A DNA stretch of 64,000 bases from an uncultured Alphaproteobacteria bacterium (GCA_963756905.1 CAVWPO010000009.1:18179-82178), one strand, 5' to 3'. Positions 1 to 10,463 are shown, counted from the stretch's first letter. Numbers and translations are program-made. Notes: generated from the letters alone by a model not told the origin.

Positions 1-2243
1 GCTTCGAACTGGCCGAGGTCCAGCACTACCTGCATTCGGCGAGCGTCCGCCAGGTGCTGATCCAGGCGCTGCTGGATGCGCCGATGTTCATCACGCGCTG
101 GCGCTGGGTCGCGGCCGTGGCCCTCGCGCTGCCGCGCTTCCGTGGCGGCCGCAAGGTACCGCCCCAGCTCGCGCGCATGGAGGCCGAGGACCTGGTCGCT
201 GCGGTCTTTCCCGACCAGCTCGCCTGCGCCGAGAACCTGGTCGGCGAGCGCGAGGTGCCCGACCACCCCCTGGTCGGCCAGACGATCGCCGACTGCCTGC
301 ACGACGCGATGGACATCGACGGTCTGGAACGCCTCCTGACCGGGCTCGAATCCGGCGCGATCGCCGTCGTCACGCGCGATCTGACCGAGCCCTCGCCGCT
401 CGCCCTCGAAGTGCTCTCGGCAAGGCCCTACGCCTATCTCGACGACGCGCCCTTGGAGGAGCGCCGGACTCAGGCGGTGATGAGCCGGCGCTGGCTCGCC
501 CCGGAGGCCGCCTCCGACCTCGGTCGGCTCGATCCGGAGGCGATCGCGCGGGTCCGCGGCGAAGCCTGGCCCGACGCCGCGAATGCCGACGAGCTGCACG
601 ATGCCCTGGTCTGGCTCGGGTTCCTGTCCACGGCGGAAGCGGAGGCCGGGCCAGGCTGGAGCGAATGGCTGGCGGCACTGGCGCGCGAGCGGCGCGTGAC
701 GAGGTTGCACATGCCACGGGCGACGCTCTGGATCACCGCCGAGCGCCTGCCGCAGTTCCAGGCGCTCTGGCCCGAAGCGAGGCTCGAGCCGGCGATCGTC
801 GCCCCGGCCGCTTATGCCGGGCATGACTGGTCGGAGGAGGACGCGCTGATCGAGATCCTGCGCGGTCGGCTCGAGGGCCAGGGTCCGGTCACGGGTGCAA
901 TGCTTGCGGCGCCGCTCGGGCTCGAGCCCGGCGAAATCGCGGCCGCGCTGGCGGCGCTCGAGGTCGAAGGCTTTGCGCTCCGCGGCCGCTTCACGCCGGC
1001 GGCGGCCGCGGAGGAATGGTGCGAGCGCCGCCTGCTGGCGCGAATCCACGGCTATACGGTCAAGCGCCTGCGGGCGGAGATCGAGCCGGTCGCCGCACGC
1101 GACTTCCTGCGATTCCTGGTGGACTGGCAGCACGTCGCGGCGGACGCTCGCATGCAGGGTCCGGATGCGCTCGAGGTCGTGGTCGCCCAGCTGGAGGGCT
1201 TCGAGGCGCCGGCCGGCGCCTGGGAGACCGAGATCCTCCCGGCGCGCCTTGCCGACTACGAGCCGAGCTGGCTCGATGACCAATGCCTGGCGGGGCGGAT
1301 CACGTGGGCGCGGCTCAGACCGCGCATCGCACGGCCAAACGGTGGCGAGCGCGCGGCGGCGCCGGTGCGGACCACGCCGATCACCCTGCTCGCGCGCCGC
1401 CACGCCCAGCTCTGGGCCTCGCTCTCGACAGTTCCGGATGCCGTTCCCCTCAGTGCCCGGGCGCAGGCGGTTGCCGACCATATCCGGGAGCAGGGCGCCT
1501 CCTTCTTCGACGAGCTGGTTCAAGGCAGCGGCCTGTTGCGCTCCCAGGTCGAGGAGGCGCTGGCCGAGCTGGTCGCGTTGGGCCTCGTGACCTCGGACAG
1601 CTTCGGCGGCCTGCGCGCGCTGCTCGTGCCGTCCGATCGCCGCAAGCCCGGCGCCTTCGGGCGGCGTCGGCGCCGCAGCCTGCTGTTCGGCATGGAAGAT
1701 GCGGGGCGATGGGCGCTCGCCCACCGCGCCCGACCGGCGCCGAGCGGCCCGCAGGTCAAACCGGAGGCGATCGAGCACGTCGCGCGCCGGTTGCTGGTCC
1801 GGTATGGCGTCGTGTTCTGGCGCCTCCTCGAGCGCGAGGCCGACTGGCTGCCGCCATGGCGCGATCTGCTGCGCGTCTATCGCAGGCTCGAGGCACGCGG
1901 GGACCTCCGGGGCGGCCGGTTCGTCGCCGGTTTCTCGGGCGAGCAGTTCGCCCTGCCGGATGCGGTCGGCATGCTGCGTGAGGTCCGGCGCAAGGCGGGC
2001 TCCGATGCCTGGATCTCGATCTCCGGCGCCGACCCGCTCAACCTCGTGGGCATCCTGACGCCGGGGCCAAAGCTCGCCGCGCTTGCCGGCAACCGCGTGC
2101 TGTATCGGAACGGCCTGCCGGTCGCCCTGCTCGCGGGCGGTGAGGTGCGTTTTCTCGAGACGCTCGAGGCCAGCACCGAGTGGCAGGCCCGCAAGGCTCT
2201 GCTCCGCGGTGCGGCGCCGGCGCCGCTCGTCGATCTGGCCTGA
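1..2243 (+). CDS. lhr: ATP-dependent DEXH helicase Lhr, C-terminal part (5' end lies upstream of the window)
   Basis: The frame of ORF 54..2243 stays open back to base 3, so the gene enters from upstream. The translation (DAPMFITRWRWVAAVALALPRFRGGRKVP, PDHPLVGQTIADCLHDAMDIDGLERLL) fits the DEAD_assoc region plus the long C-terminal extension of Lhr-type helicases as I remember them. Overlapping antisense ORFs look like GC-rich shadow frames. Confidence 0.8.
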   Translation, partial: FELAEVQHYLHSASVRQVLIQALLDAPMFITRWRWVAAVALALPRFRGGRKVPPQLARMEAEDLVAAVFPDQLACAENLVGEREVPDHPLVGQTIADCLHDAMDIDGLERLLTGLESGAIAVVTRDLTEPSPLALEVLSARPYAYLDDAPLEERRTQAVMSRRWLAPEAASDLGRLDPEAIARVRGEAWPDAANADELHDALVWLGFLSTAEAEAGPGWSEWLAALARERRVTRLHMPRATLWITAERLPQFQALWPEARLEPAIVAPAAYAGHDWSEEDALIEILRGRLEGQGPVTGAMLAAPLGLEPGEIAAALAALEVEGFALRGRFTPAAAAEEWCERRLLARIHGYTVKRLRAEIEPVAARDFLRFLVDWQHVAADARMQGPDALEVVVAQLEGFEAPAGAWETEILPARLADYEPSWLDDQCLAGRITWARLRPRIARPNGGERAAAPVRTTPITLLARRHAQLWASLSTVPDAVPLSARAQAVADHIREQGASFFDELVQGSGLLRSQVEEALAELVALGLVTSDSFGGLRALLVPSDRRKPGAFGRRRRRSLLFGMEDAGRWALAHRARPAPSGPQVKPEAIEHVARRLLVRYGVVFWRLLEREADWLPPWRDLLRVYRRLEARGDLRGGRFVAGFSGEQFALPDAVGMLREVRRKAGSDAWISISGADPLNLVGILTPGPKLAALAGNRVLYRNGLPVALLAGGEVRFLETLEASTEWQARKALLRGAAPAPLVDLA

Positions 2244-2541
2244 AGCTGCGCCGAGGACCAGACGCTCGCAGCCGGCAGGGGCAGCTCGCGCCTCGCCGCT
2301 GCTAACGTTGCGGTTGGCAGACAAGGACTTGCCTGCAACCGCCCAAAGAGTTCGGCAGATCAAGCGCTTGGCCGCAGTCTCGCAGTTTGGCAGTTAATGC
2401 TCGCCAAAGCCAACTTCCATGATATTTGTCAGATTGTCGGTCGGCCAGCGGCGGGCGACGGGGAGACGGGTCCATGCGCGGGCCGCAACAACGATAGCCA
2501 CCGCCCCGGATGAAGCAACTCCAGGAGATGGAGGGACTGGG

Positions 2542-3882
2542 ATGGACAAGCGCAACGACGATCGAACCCAAGGTTTGTTGCTGCCTGCCTCGGCGCTGTC
2601 GCGGCGCGGCTTCATCGAGGCCGCCGGTGGCGCCGCCGCCGCCAGCGCCGCGTTCCTGCTCGCGACCACGGCGCTTGGCGCCGCCGAAGGACCGCTCAAG
2701 ATCGGCTCGATGGGACCGTTCACCGGGCCTGCCAGCCGCACCGGCGACGAGATCAAGAACGGTGTCAAGCTCGCCCTCGAGGATGCCAAGGCCGACGGCG
2801 ACCTGCCCCTCAAGATCGGCGGTCAGGAGCGGGACGTCGAGATCGTCTACATCGACAGCCAGTCGAGCCCGGAGAAGGCGGTCAAGGCGGTCACCGACGC
2901 GATCAGCCGCCAGGGCGTGCAGTTCATCTGCAACGGCTGGCATTCCTCGGTCGCGATGGCGGTGATCGACGCCGAGGCGCCGTTCAAGATCGTCCACATC
3001 GGCCACCTCGGCGAGTCGCAGTTCATCTCGGAGAAGATCAACACCGATCCGCAGAAGTATCGCGGCTGGTTCAAGGGCTGGCCGGCGCCGCCCAAGCTCG
3101 CTGGCCTGTACGGCCCGCCCTTGCAGCACTTCATCGAGTCGGGCGCCTGGAAACCAAAGAACATGAAGGCCGCGATCCTGGTCGAGGACACCGACTTCGG
3201 CCGCGGCTGGGGTGATGCGATCATCGAGAGCCTGAGCAAGGCCGGCTTCGAGGTCCTGCCCTACGACGTCACCTCGCTCGAGGAGACCGAGTTCACGCCG
3301 CTGCTCACCAAATACAAGGCGCAGCAGGTGTCCCTGGTCGGCATGACCTCGACCGGCAACGTCAGCGCATCCAACTTCGTCAAGCAGTTCCACCAGCAGA
3401 AGCTGCCGGCGCTCCTGATCGCGCACGGGCTCGGCTGGTTCAGCGAATGGTACCAGCTGACCGGCGAGGCCTCCAACTACGCGGTCGCGATCGATTCGCC
3501 GCAGGTGATCGCCGATTTCCAGAAAGACTGGGTCAAGCGCTACCAGGACAAGTTCGGGATCGAGCCCGGGATCGCGGCCTCCGGCATCACCTACGACTAC
3601 ATGCGCATGGCGCTCAAGGTCCTGAACAAGGCCGGCACGCTCGACTTCGACACCTTGGTCAAAACCATCTACGATACCCCCTACAAAGGGGTCTGGAACC
3701 TGTACAAGTTCCCCAAGGAGGCGAACGAGAACGCGCTCGCGCCGGGCGAGGTCGAGGTCGGGCCGTTCATGAAGGGCTTCTTCTTCCCGATGGTCCAGCT
3801 GATGGACGGCAAGGCCAAGGTGATCTGGCCGCTCGAGTACGCCGCGGCCGAGTTCCAGGCGCCGCCCTGGCTCAAAGCGTGA
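2542..3882 (+). CDS. ABC transporter periplasmic substrate-binding protein, LivJ/amide-type (PBP type 1), Tat-type signal
   Basis: ORF 2419..3882. I moved the start to ATG 2542, which is preceded by GGAGGGA. The N-terminus has the twin-arginine motif SRRGFIEAAGG followed by an Ala-rich h-region. Matching ATPase and permease genes follow. Confidence 0.85.
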   Translation: MDKRNDDRTQGLLLPASALSRRGFIEAAGGAAAASAAFLLATTALGAAEGPLKIGSMGPFTGPASRTGDEIKNGVKLALEDAKADGDLPLKIGGQERDVEIVYIDSQSSPEKAVKAVTDAISRQGVQFICNGWHSSVAMAVIDAEAPFKIVHIGHLGESQFISEKINTDPQKYRGWFKGWPAPPKLAGLYGPPLQHFIESGAWKPKNMKAAILVEDTDFGRGWGDAIIESLSKAGFEVLPYDVTSLEETEFTPLLTKYKAQQVSLVGMTSTGNVSASNFVKQFHQQKLPALLIAHGLGWFSEWYQLTGEASNYAVAIDSPQVIADFQKDWVKRYQDKFGIEPGIAASGITYDYMRMALKVLNKAGTLDFDTLVKTIYDTPYKGVWNLYKFPKEANENALAPGEVEVGPFMKGFFFPMVQLMDGKAKVIWPLEYAAAEFQAPPWLKA

Positions 3883-3931
3883 TCTGGCGCCGGGGGCGGA
3901 CCGCGGTCCGTCCCCTCTGATCGCCGCCGCC

Positions 3932-4651
3932 ATGGCCGAGCCGATCCTCGCGGTCGAGGCGCTGGTCAAGCGCTTCGGCGGCATGGTGGTGCTGGACGGC
4001 GTCTCGCTCGCGGTCGAGCGTGGCCAGATCCACGGCGTGATCGGCCCGAACGGCGCCGGCAAGACCACGCTCTTCAACGTCGTGAACGGCATCTATACCG
4101 CGAGCGGCGGGCGCGTGACGTTCAAGGGGCGGGAGATCACCAATCGCAAGCTCAACGAGATCGCGAGTCGGGGCCTCGGGCGCACCTTCCAGGTGGCGCG
4201 CACCTTCAACGAGATGAGCCTGCTCGACAACCTGGTGGTGCCGACGATTCCCAAGGGCATGCCCCGGCGGGAGGCGGAGCGCCGCGCGCTCGAGCTTCTG
4301 GAGCTGGCCGGCCTCGCCGACCTGAAGAGCCAGGTCGCGGTCGAGATCTCGGGCGGTCAGAAGAAGCTGCTCGAGTTCCTGCGCACGCTGATGGCGGACC
4401 CCGAGCTGATCCTGCTCGACGAGCCGTTCGGCGGCATCAACCCGGCGCTGATCGAGCGCCTGACCGGGATCGTGACCGCGCTCAACCGGGACCGCGGCAA
4501 GACCTTCCTCCTGATCAGCCACGAGATGCCCCAGGTCATGCGCCTGTGCGCGACCGTGACCGTGCTCGCCGCCGGCCGCACGATCGCGTTCGGCCCGCCC
4601 GCCGAGGTCCGCCGCGACCCCGCGGTGATCGAGGCCTACCTCGGCCACTGA
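3932..4651 (+). CDS. ABC transporter ATP-binding protein, LivG-type
   Basis: Walker A GPNGAGKTT, signature SGGQKKLLEF, Walker B LILLDEP. Confidence 0.9.
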   Translation: MAEPILAVEALVKRFGGMVVLDGVSLAVERGQIHGVIGPNGAGKTTLFNVVNGIYTASGGRVTFKGREITNRKLNEIASRGLGRTFQVARTFNEMSLLDNLVVPTIPKGMPRREAERRALELLELAGLADLKSQVAVEISGGQKKLLEFLRTLMADPELILLDEPFGGINPALIERLTGIVTALNRDRGKTFLLISHEMPQVMRLCATVTVLAAGRTIAFGPPAEVRRDPAVIEAYLGH

Positions 4652-4836
4652 AGTGCCTCTCGTCGAGGGTCTCCCTCATGTGGCCCGGCTGGCGCGGCCC
4701 GCAGCTTGGCTCGTGTTGACCGCGGCCCGGCGGGCCCCTACAGCTTGGAGAATGCGACCCCCGGGCCGGCCGGGGAGTCGGAGGCCTGGTCAATGGTCAG
4801 AACGCGTCAGCTGCTCCGCCGGGGCGTCATGATGCG

Positions 4837-5547
4837 ATGAGCCTCGAGACGCGGGGCATCGTCGCGGGCTACACGCGCGAGGTGCCGATCCTGAAGGGCG
4901 TCGACCTCGTCGCGCGGGATGGCCTCGTCACCGTGATCATCGGCCCGAACGGGGCGGGCAAGTCGACGCTGCTGCGGACCATCTACGGCTATCTGCATCC
5001 GACCGAGGGCGATGTCCTGCACGACGGGCGCTCGATCAGGGGTCTGGCGCCGGAGGCGATGCTGGGCCAGGGCATCGCCTATCTGCTCCAGGGCCACAGC
5101 GTGTTTCCGGCCATGACCGTCGAGGAGAATCTGGAGCTCGGCGGCTGGATCCTGAAGCGCGACCGGGTGGCGCTGCAACAGGCGTTCGACGAGGTCTACG
5201 CGCGTTTCCCCGAGCTCAAGGAGCGGCGCCGGCACGCGGCGGGCGCCCTCTCGGGCGGCCAGCAACGGATGCTGGAGATCGCGCGCCTGACCATGACCCG
5301 GCCGCGCACGCTCCTTCTGGACGAGCCTTCGGTCGGCCTGATGCCGAAGCTGGTCGACCTGGTCTACAACGAGATCGCCAAGCTGAAGGCGGAAAAGTTC
5401 ACGATCGTCGTGGTCGATCAGAACGTCAAGAAGTCGATCGAGATCGCCGACTACGTCTATGTGCTCAATCTCGGGGAGAACAGTCACCACGGACCCCAGC
5501 AGGACTTCGAGGCGCGGCTCGAGGACATCATCCGGGAATGGCTGTGA
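4837..5547 (+). CDS. ABC transporter ATP-binding protein, LivF-type
   Basis: Walker A GPNGAGKST, signature LSGGQQRML, Walker B LLLDEPS. It is separated from the previous ATPase gene by an unusual 185-bp spacer. Confidence 0.9.
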   Translation: MSLETRGIVAGYTREVPILKGVDLVARDGLVTVIIGPNGAGKSTLLRTIYGYLHPTEGDVLHDGRSIRGLAPEAMLGQGIAYLLQGHSVFPAMTVEENLELGGWILKRDRVALQQAFDEVYARFPELKERRRHAAGALSGGQQRMLEIARLTMTRPRTLLLDEPSVGLMPKLVDLVYNEIAKLKAEKFTIVVVDQNVKKSIEIADYVYVLNLGENSHHGPQQDFEARLEDIIREWL

Positions 5548-6455
5548 TGGTCGATCTCAACATATTGACCGACCCGGCGGTGCTGTCCGAGCTGATCTTC
5601 CAGGGTCTGGTGCGGGGGGCGATGTACGGGCTGATGGGGATCGGCCTGTCGCTGATCTTCGGGATTCTCGGGATCGTCAACTTCGCTCATGGCGAGCTGT
5701 TCATGCTCGGCGCCTACGTCATGTACTTCGTCGCCGCGGTGCTCGGCCTGCCGTTCGTCGCAGGCGTCGCCGCCGCCGGCGTCGCGCTGTTCGTGGTCGG
5801 GGTGGTGATCGAGCGCGGCCTGATCGAGCCCTTGCGCCGGCGCGCCGGGCGCGACTGGCTGTTGGACTCCTTCGTGCTCACGATCGGGCTGATGGTGATC
5901 CTGCAGAACCTGGCGCTGATCCTGTTCGGCAGCGAGCGGCGGGGCGTCAGCACCCTGATTGCGGGCAGCGTCTCCTTCGGCGAGGTCACGATCACCTACG
6001 AGCGTCTCGTGATCCTGGCGCTCGCCTGCGTCGTGGTCCTGCTGCTCGCCGCCTACGTCAAGTTCACCCGCATGGGCAAGGCGATCCGCGCGACCGCCCA
6101 GCACCCGGAGGCGGCCCAGACGCTCGGGATCGACATCAACCGGATCTACACGATCGCGTTCGCGATCGGCGCGGCGCTGGCCGGCATGGCCGGCGCCATG
6201 CTGATCTCGATCTTCCCGGCCTTCCCCACGGTCGGCGCCCAGCCGGTGCTCAAGAGCTTCGCGGTCGTGATCCTGGGCGGGCTCGGCAACATCCCGGGCG
6301 CGATCGCGGCGGGGTTCCTATTGGGCGTCGTCGAGGCCTACGCCGTCTTCTTCATGTCGGCCGGCTGGCAGAGCGTGATCACGCCGCTGATCATCATCCT
6401 GGTCCTGATCCTGCGGCCGCAGGGCCTGTTCACGGCGCAGGGCGAGCGACCGTGA
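5538..6455 (+). CDS. branched-chain-amino-acid-type ABC permease, LivH-type
   Basis: 305-aa polytopic membrane protein (GLSLIFGILGIVNFAHGELFMLGAY). It overlaps the upstream ATPase gene by 10 nt. Confidence 0.9.
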   Translation: MAVMVDLNILTDPAVLSELIFQGLVRGAMYGLMGIGLSLIFGILGIVNFAHGELFMLGAYVMYFVAAVLGLPFVAGVAAAGVALFVVGVVIERGLIEPLRRRAGRDWLLDSFVLTIGLMVILQNLALILFGSERRGVSTLIAGSVSFGEVTITYERLVILALACVVVLLLAAYVKFTRMGKAIRATAQHPEAAQTLGIDINRIYTIAFAIGAALAGMAGAMLISIFPAFPTVGAQPVLKSFAVVILGGLGNIPGAIAAGFLLGVVEAYAVFFMSAGWQSVITPLIIILVLILRPQGLFTAQGERP

Positions 6456-7420
6456 CGACGTTCGCCGCCGGCGCGCTCGGGTCATCGACGCCGGCGCGGG
6501 CACTCAAGGTGGCGGCGCTGGTCGGCCTCCTGATCCTGGTCCCGCCGCTGGCCAATCATCCGTATATCACGACGATCTTCATCTCGGCGCTGATGTTCGG
6601 CCTGCTGGGCGCGATCTACGATCTGATGATCGGCTACGCCGGGCTCGCCAACTTCGGCTACGCCGGGTTCATCGCCGCCGGCGCCTACGGCTCGGCGCTC
6701 GCCTCCTTCCACTACGGCATCAGCCCGTGGTTCGGGCTCCTGATCGGCGGCCTGTGCGGCGGCCTCATGGGCCTGCTGACCGGCCTGATCACGCTCCGGC
6801 TGCGCGGCCTGTATCTGGGCCTCACCACCTGGTTCGTCGCCGAGGCGCTGCGCTTCACCATCTCCAACACCCCGAACTACACCCGCGGCATGCTCGGGCT
6901 CGCGGTCGCGCCGTTCCCCAACCTCCTGGGGATCGACTTCGCCCGCGGCCGCCTGCTCGCCTACTACTATCTGCTGCTGATGCTGGGCGCGGTGATCATG
7001 GTCCTCATGCACCTTCTGGTCCGCTCCCGGATCGGGCTCGCCTTCAAGGCGATCCGCGAGGACCAGCTGGCGACCGAGAGCCTCGGCCTCAACACCACCA
7101 AGTACAAGCTGATCAACTTCACCGTCGCCTGCTGCTTCACCGGCGTGATCGGCTCGTTCTACGCCCACTACCTCGGCATCCTGTCGCCGACGCCCGAGGA
7201 GTTCGGCGTGCCGCGTACGGTCGAGGTCCTGACCATCGCCTATGTCGGCGGCCGCGGCACGCTCTGGGGCTCGCTGTTCGCGGCCTTCCTGCTGATCGGC
7301 GTCCAGGAGTATTTCCGCGAGCTCGAGGCCTGGCGGCTGGTGATGTTCGGCGCGCTGCTGATCCTGGTCATGATCTTCGCGCCCAAGGGCCTCGCGGGCC
7401 TGAAGAGATACCTGTGGTAG
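6452..7420 (+). CDS. branched-chain-amino-acid-type ABC permease, LivM-type
   Basis: Only the last 323 codons of track ORF 5459..7420 look coding. GTG 6452 overlaps the LivH stop (GTGA). Hydrophobic LivM-like sequence (YDLMIGYAGLANFGYAGFIAAGAY). Confidence 0.85.
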   Translation: MTTFAAGALGSSTPARALKVAALVGLLILVPPLANHPYITTIFISALMFGLLGAIYDLMIGYAGLANFGYAGFIAAGAYGSALASFHYGISPWFGLLIGGLCGGLMGLLTGLITLRLRGLYLGLTTWFVAEALRFTISNTPNYTRGMLGLAVAPFPNLLGIDFARGRLLAYYYLLLMLGAVIMVLMHLLVRSRIGLAFKAIREDQLATESLGLNTTKYKLINFTVACCFTGVIGSFYAHYLGILSPTPEEFGVPRTVEVLTIAYVGGRGTLWGSLFAAFLLIGVQEYFRELEAWRLVMFGALLILVMIFAPKGLAGLKRYLW

Positions 7421-7478
7421 AAACCCGTCCGGGCGCGTTTGAGGCCGACCACTGCTGGACGCCTCGGCGGTCCGCCGG

Positions 7479-7805
7479 TCAGGGCCGGGGGGCCGGCTGC
7501 CAGGGGCGACCCCACCCGGAGAGGCCGGCCAGCGCCAGCACGAGGGTCGCGATGATGATGCCCAGGCTCTCGCGCTCGGTCTCGATGTGGATCCAGCCCG
7601 CGGGCAGCGCCGGCCAGCACCAGAGGCTGCCGGCGATGGCGGCGGCGAGGCAGGCCAGATAGGCGCCGATCACGGGCGCACGCGGCGCCAGGCGCTCCGG
7701 CCGGAAAGCGGTGAGGCCTGCCCAGATCGCCGGAATCGCATAGATCAGGAGCCACAGGATCGCGTCCGGGTCGTTGTACTGGACCAGGGCGAACCCCGCG
7801 AGCAT
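7479..7805 (-). CDS. small 4-TM membrane protein (TMEM220-like), function unknown
   Basis: ORF 7479..7883. I prefer the internal Met (MLAGFALVQYNDPDAILWLLIYAIP) as the start. The protein is hydrophobic throughout. Confidence 0.45.
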   Translation of the reverse strand: MLAGFALVQYNDPDAILWLLIYAIPAIWAGLTAFRPERLAPRAPVIGAYLACLAAAIAGSLWCWPALPAGWIHIETERESLGIIIATLVLALAGLSGWGRPWQPAPRP

Positions 7806-8031
7806 CACGCACGAGCAACCATTGACCGTACGCACGGGCCCATCTCCCGGCCGGATGCTGCATGCCGGCTGGTATTCATCCAACCCTCATCATGCGCAAT
7901 CCCGGCCGCATTTGACAAGTCGGTCGGGACAACTTGCCATTTTCGGACTATGTTGTCATCGAGGGAGACGCCCCGGCCCGGTAACCGGGCCGCAGGCAGG
8001 GCGAAAATCGTCCAGGCGAAAGAAAGGTCCG

Positions 8032-9249
8032 ATGGCTCCAGAATCTCGCGTGGCCCAGCCCGGCAAGGCTGAAGACGCTCAGACCGCGGTGCACGTGCAG
8101 CGCTTCGCGGTCGCGTTCGAATATCCGGTCTATTTCACCGAGCGGCTGTTCGACCCGGGCAATCCGGCCCTGATCGAGGCGCTGGGAAGGCTGGAGCCAG
8201 AGCGCTGCCACCGCTGCCTGGTGTTCGTCGACGACGGCCTGCTCGCCAGCCGGCCCGGGCTCGGTGAGGAGATCGAGGGCTACGCCCGCACGCATGCCCG
8301 GCGCATGCAGCTGGTCTGCCCGCCCCTGCCGGTCCCGGGCGGCGAGCGGATCAAGAGCGAGCTGTTCTTCGTCGAGCAGATGCAGCAGCGCCTGCACGAG
8401 CACAACATCGACCGTCATTCCTACGTGATCGCGATCGGCGGCGGGGCAGTGCTCGACGCGGTCGGGCTGGTGGCGGCCGTGACCCATCGCGGCGTGCGCC
8501 TGATCCGGGTGCCGACCACCGTCCTCGCCCAGGACGACAGCGGCGTCGGGGTCAAGAACGGGGTCAACCTCTACGGCGTCAAGAACTTCGTCGGCACCTT
8601 CGCGCCGCCGTTTGCGGTCCTGAACGACCTCGAGCTGCTGACGGCGCTCTCGCCCCGCGACAAGATCGCGGGCATCGCCGAGGCGGTGAAGGTGGCGTTG
8701 ATCCGGGACGGTGCGTTCTTCGCCTGGCTCGAGCGCCATGCCGACGATCTGCTGACCTTCGAGCGCGCAGCCATGGCGGCGATGATCCGGCGCTGCGCCG
8801 AGCTGCACATGCATCAGATCGCCCACGGCGGCGACCCGTTCGAGACCGGCAGCGCGCGGCCGCTCGACTACGGCCACTGGTCGGCGCACAAGCTCGAGAG
8901 CCTGACCAAGCACCACGTCCGCCATGGCGAGGCGGTCGCGATCGGGATGGCGCTCGATGCCCGCTATTCGGTGCTGGCGGGCCTGCTCGCGGCGGGCGGG
9001 GAGGAGCGGATCTGCGCCCTGCTCGAGCATCTGGGCTTTCGCCTCTGGCATCCGGCGCTCGACCTGCCGAGGCAGGACGGCAGCCTCGCGATCCTCGAGG
9101 GTCTGCGCGAGTTCCGCGAGCATCTGGGCGGCGAGCTGACCGTGACCCTGCTCGAGGGCATCGGCCGCGGCGTCGAGGTCCACGAGATCGACGAGAGCCG
9201 CATGCGCGCTGCCATGATCTGGCTTCAGGAGCGGGACCGGACGCCATGA
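8032..9249 (+). CDS. eboD: EboD, 3-dehydroquinate-synthase-like sugar phosphate cyclase
   Basis: Track ORF 7774..9249, start moved to ATG 8032. DHQS-fold motifs IAIGGGAVLDAVGLVAAVTHRGVRLIRVPTT and DDSGVGVKNGVN. Coupled by an ATGA overlap to the next gene. Confidence 0.85.
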   Translation: MAPESRVAQPGKAEDAQTAVHVQRFAVAFEYPVYFTERLFDPGNPALIEALGRLEPERCHRCLVFVDDGLLASRPGLGEEIEGYARTHARRMQLVCPPLPVPGGERIKSELFFVEQMQQRLHEHNIDRHSYVIAIGGGAVLDAVGLVAAVTHRGVRLIRVPTTVLAQDDSGVGVKNGVNLYGVKNFVGTFAPPFAVLNDLELLTALSPRDKIAGIAEAVKVALIRDGAFFAWLERHADDLLTFERAAMAAMIRRCAELHMHQIAHGGDPFETGSARPLDYGHWSAHKLESLTKHHVRHGEAVAIGMALDARYSVLAGLLAAGGEERICALLEHLGFRLWHPALDLPRQDGSLAILEGLREFREHLGGELTVTLLEGIGRGVEVHEIDESRMRAAMIWLQERDRTP

Positions 9250-10463
9250 AGCTCGCCCCCACGAGTCGGGCCGATGCCGACGCCGCGCACCTGACCTATT
9301 GCAGCAACATCCATCCGGGCGAGACCTGGCCGGAGGTGTTGTCCAACCTGCGGCGCCACCTGCCGGCCATCAAAGCCGAGGTGGCGGCCGGGCGCGACTT
9401 CGGCGTCGGGCTCCGGCTGTCGGCGATCGCCGCCGAGGCGCTGCGCGAGCCCGCGGCCATGGCCGAGCTTCGGGACTTCCTCGGCACCAACGGGCTCTAC
9501 GTCTTCACGATCAATGGCTTTCCCTACGGCCCGTTTCACGGCGTCCGGGTCAAGGAGCAGGTCTATCAGCCCGACTGGCAGCATGCCGAACGGCTCGCCT
9601 ACACCGATCTTTTGGCCGATCTGCTGGCCGAGCTGCTCCCGGACGATCCGGCGCTCGACGGCAGCGTCAGCACGGTGCCCGGGACCTTCAAGCCGATCGC
9701 CGAGGCGCCGGGGGTGGTCGAGCGGATCGCCGGCAACCTGATCCGGCACGCGGCCCACCTGGTGCGCCTGCGCGAACGTACCGGGCGCACCATCGCGCTC
9801 GCCCTGGAGCCCGAGCCCTACTGCCTGCTCGAGACCATCGACGAGACGATCGCCTTCTTCGAGGAGCATCTGCTCGGGCCGGCGGCGGTCCGTGAGTTGC
9901 GCGAACTCACCGGCCTTGCGAGCGGGGAGGCCGAGGCGGCGCTCCGGCGCCATCTCGGCGTCTGCTACGACGTCTGTCATGCCGCGGTCGAGTTCGAGGA
10001 CCCGGCGGGCAGTCTGGAGGCCCTGCGAGGCGCCGGCATCGCCGTGCCCAAGCTGCAGCTGAGCGCGGCCCTCAAGATCGCCAGCGTCGGGCCCGAGACC
10101 GCCCGGCAGCTGCGGCCGTTCGACGAGCCGGTCTACCTGCACCAGGTGGTCGCGCGGGCGGGCGGACGGCTGACCCGCCACCTCGACCTGCCGCAGGCGC
10201 TCGCCACCCTGGATGCGAGCCAGGGCGCCGAATGGCGGGTGCATTTTCACGTCCCGATCTTCCTCGACCAGCTGCAGGACTTCTCGACCACGCAGGACTT
10301 CCTCCGCCAGATTCTGGCGCTCCACCGGCAGGCGCCGATCTCGCCGCATCTCGAGGTCGAGACCTACACCTGGGACGTGCTGCCCGTGCGCTACCGCGAG
10401 GCCGGCATCGCGAGCGCGATCGCCCGCGAGCTCGCCTGGACCCTGGACCAGCTGCGGGCATGA
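9246..10463 (+). CDS. eboE: EboE, xylose-isomerase-like TIM-barrel protein ('metabolite traffic protein')
   Basis: 405 aa, beginning LTYCSNIHPGETWPEV. ATGA overlaps at both ends (9246-9249 and 10460-10463). Its position between the cyclase and the prenyltransferase is typical of ebo clusters. Confidence 0.8.
   Translation: MKLAPTSRADADAAHLTYCSNIHPGETWPEVLSNLRRHLPAIKAEVAAGRDFGVGLRLSAIAAEALREPAAMAELRDFLGTNGLYVFTINGFPYGPFHGVRVKEQVYQPDWQHAERLAYTDLLADLLAELLPDDPALDGSVSTVPGTFKPIAEAPGVVERIAGNLIRHAAHLVRLRERTGRTIALALEPEPYCLLETIDETIAFFEEHLLGPAAVRELRELTGLASGEAEAALRRHLGVCYDVCHAAVEFEDPAGSLEALRGAGIAVPKLQLSAALKIASVGPETARQLRPFDEPVYLHQVVARAGGRLTRHLDLPQALATLDASQGAEWRVHFHVPIFLDQLQDFSTTQDFLRQILALHRQAPISPHLEVETYTWDVLPVRYREAGIASAIARELAWTLDQLRA

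Noticed and set aside
2318-2400. TGGCA-containing motifs (GTTGGCAGACAAGGACTTGCC and TTTGGCAGTTAATGCT) resembling sigma-54 -24/-12 promoters upstream of the ABC transporter.
   Set aside because: The spacing between the GG and GC dinucleotides is 13 and 8 nt respectively, not the canonical 10. No enhancer-binding-protein gene is nearby.
4652-4836. The 185-bp gap between the two ABC ATPase genes, with a duplicated CAGCTTGG and a CCCCGG-GCCGG-CCGGGG hairpin. It could be a REP-like element or a small gene.
   Set aside because: I found no ORF with a start and Shine-Dalgarno sequence, no recognisable RNA family, and no second copy of the sequence elsewhere in the window.
7928-7957. GACAAC-N18-GTTGTC inverted repeat and a TTGACA box (7912-7917) upstream of eboD. 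Similarly, the ACCGGA-G-TCCGGT palindrome at 36894-36906 upstream of the PpiC/HupE genes.
   Set aside because: Six-bp arms are expected many times by chance in 64 kb of GC-rich DNA. Promoter spacing to a credible -10 element is poor. I keep these only as weak leads.
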